From Lama glama (lineage: Eukaryota): a DNA stretch of 64,000 bases. Below the pieces are notes generated by a model that saw nothing but the letters and a program-made list of their open reading frames with translations, ran no database searches and was not told where the DNA came from. A program made the position numbers and the translations under genes. Below, piece after piece: positions 63,367-64,000 of the stretch (its first letter is position 1; every line of letters begins with the position of its first letter). The DNA is taken from the NCBI GenBank assembly GCA_028534125.1, contig CM052839.1, positions 45,694,001-45,758,000 on the forward strand, read 5' to 3'.

Positions 63367-64000
63367 CTACAAGGTGGGCACAAAGCGGATCCTCTGGGAG
63401 TAGGCCAGGTCAGCGACGTAGAGGAGCAGGTTGACGTAGGTGAAGGTGGCCACCACCAGCTGGCTGTCCCAGGGACAGCTGCCCGTCAGGCAGTCGGGGG
63501 GCCTCCTGGGCTCCCCGTACTTGGGGTCGAAACAGAAGACGGGCCAGATGACCGCAGCACTGAGATAGAGGAGCACGGCCAGGAAGGTGTACATCACCAC
63601 CACGCGGTCGAAGGGGCAGCCCAGGTTCCCCGTGTGTCCCATCACGCTGAGGGCCACCACGGCCACCGTGGCCAGGAAGCACAGGCTGTAGACGGCCACA
63701 CACCACTGGGTGGCCATGTAGCGCCCGTAGCGGCTGTCGTGGACCAGTGCGCCGAATATGATGCAGGCTACGAAGGCCTGGACGATCTTGAGGAGCCCCG
63801 ACACAGTGGCCATGTAGCTGGCCACCTGGCCTGGCCGGGCTCGGGTCAGGGCCACCTCTGCGGCATAAGCCAAGAAGAGGAGCCCCGCGAAGACGCTGGC
63901 TGCCAGGCGGAAGTCCCTGGTGGCACAGCCCTCGGGCTCGGGCGGGCACTCCAGCCGCGTGAAGTAGAGCGGGTAGATGACGGCGGCCGTGGCGGACAGC
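63367..64000 (-). CDS. MYADML2: Myeloid-associated differentiation marker-like 2 (MARVEL domains), 3' part; start lies beyond the window
   Basis: Uninterrupted frame to the window edge: ...AAVIYPLYF...SYMATVSGLLKIVQAFVACIIF...WCVAVYSLCF...VNLLLYVADLAYSQRIRFVPTL*; synteny next to PYCR1. Confidence 0.94.
   Translation of the reverse strand, partial: LSATAAVIYPLYFTRLECPPEPEGCATRDFRLAASVFAGLLFLAYAAEVALTRARPGQVASYMATVSGLLKIVQAFVACIIFGALVHDSRYGRYMATQWCVAVYSLCFLATVAVVALSVMGHTGNLGCPFDRVVVMYTFLAVLLYLSAAVIWPVFCFDPKYGEPRRPPDCLTGSCPWDSQLVVATFTYVNLLLYVADLAYSQRIRFVPTL

Overview
This is GC-rich mammalian genomic DNA syntenic to human 17q25.3. Gene order is ARHGDIA(-), ALYREF(-), ANAPC11(+), NPB(+), PCYT2(-), SIRT7(-), MAFG(-), PYCR1(-) and the 3' part of MYADML2(-). 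I reconstructed the exon-intron structures by hand from splice sites and protein recognition, and the spliced lengths fit the orthologues as I recall them (204, 256, 84, 123, 407/389, 400, 162 and ~320 aa). tRNA-Ala-derived SINEs resembling Vic-1 suggest a camelid host (inference). There are five N-runs, two of which hide coding sequence (MAFG, PYCR1). An old repeat-rich block (MaLR, L1, MER21) lies between ARHGDIA and ALYREF. I found no prokaryote-type system and no new protein-coding gene. The most unusual signals are: a ~92-bp hairpin-bearing segment of ALYREF intron 2 duplicated 6.5 kb away onto an LTR remnant; a U12 intron in PCYT2 that splits the HIGH motif and whose branch point supplies the only in-frame stop; a GC-AG intron in SIRT7; near-abutting MAFG>SIRT7>PCYT2 transcription units; a perfect MARE inside MAFG; and a consensus splice donor directly abutting the ARHGDIA start codon. 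Repeat family names and orthologue comparisons come from memory and were not searched.
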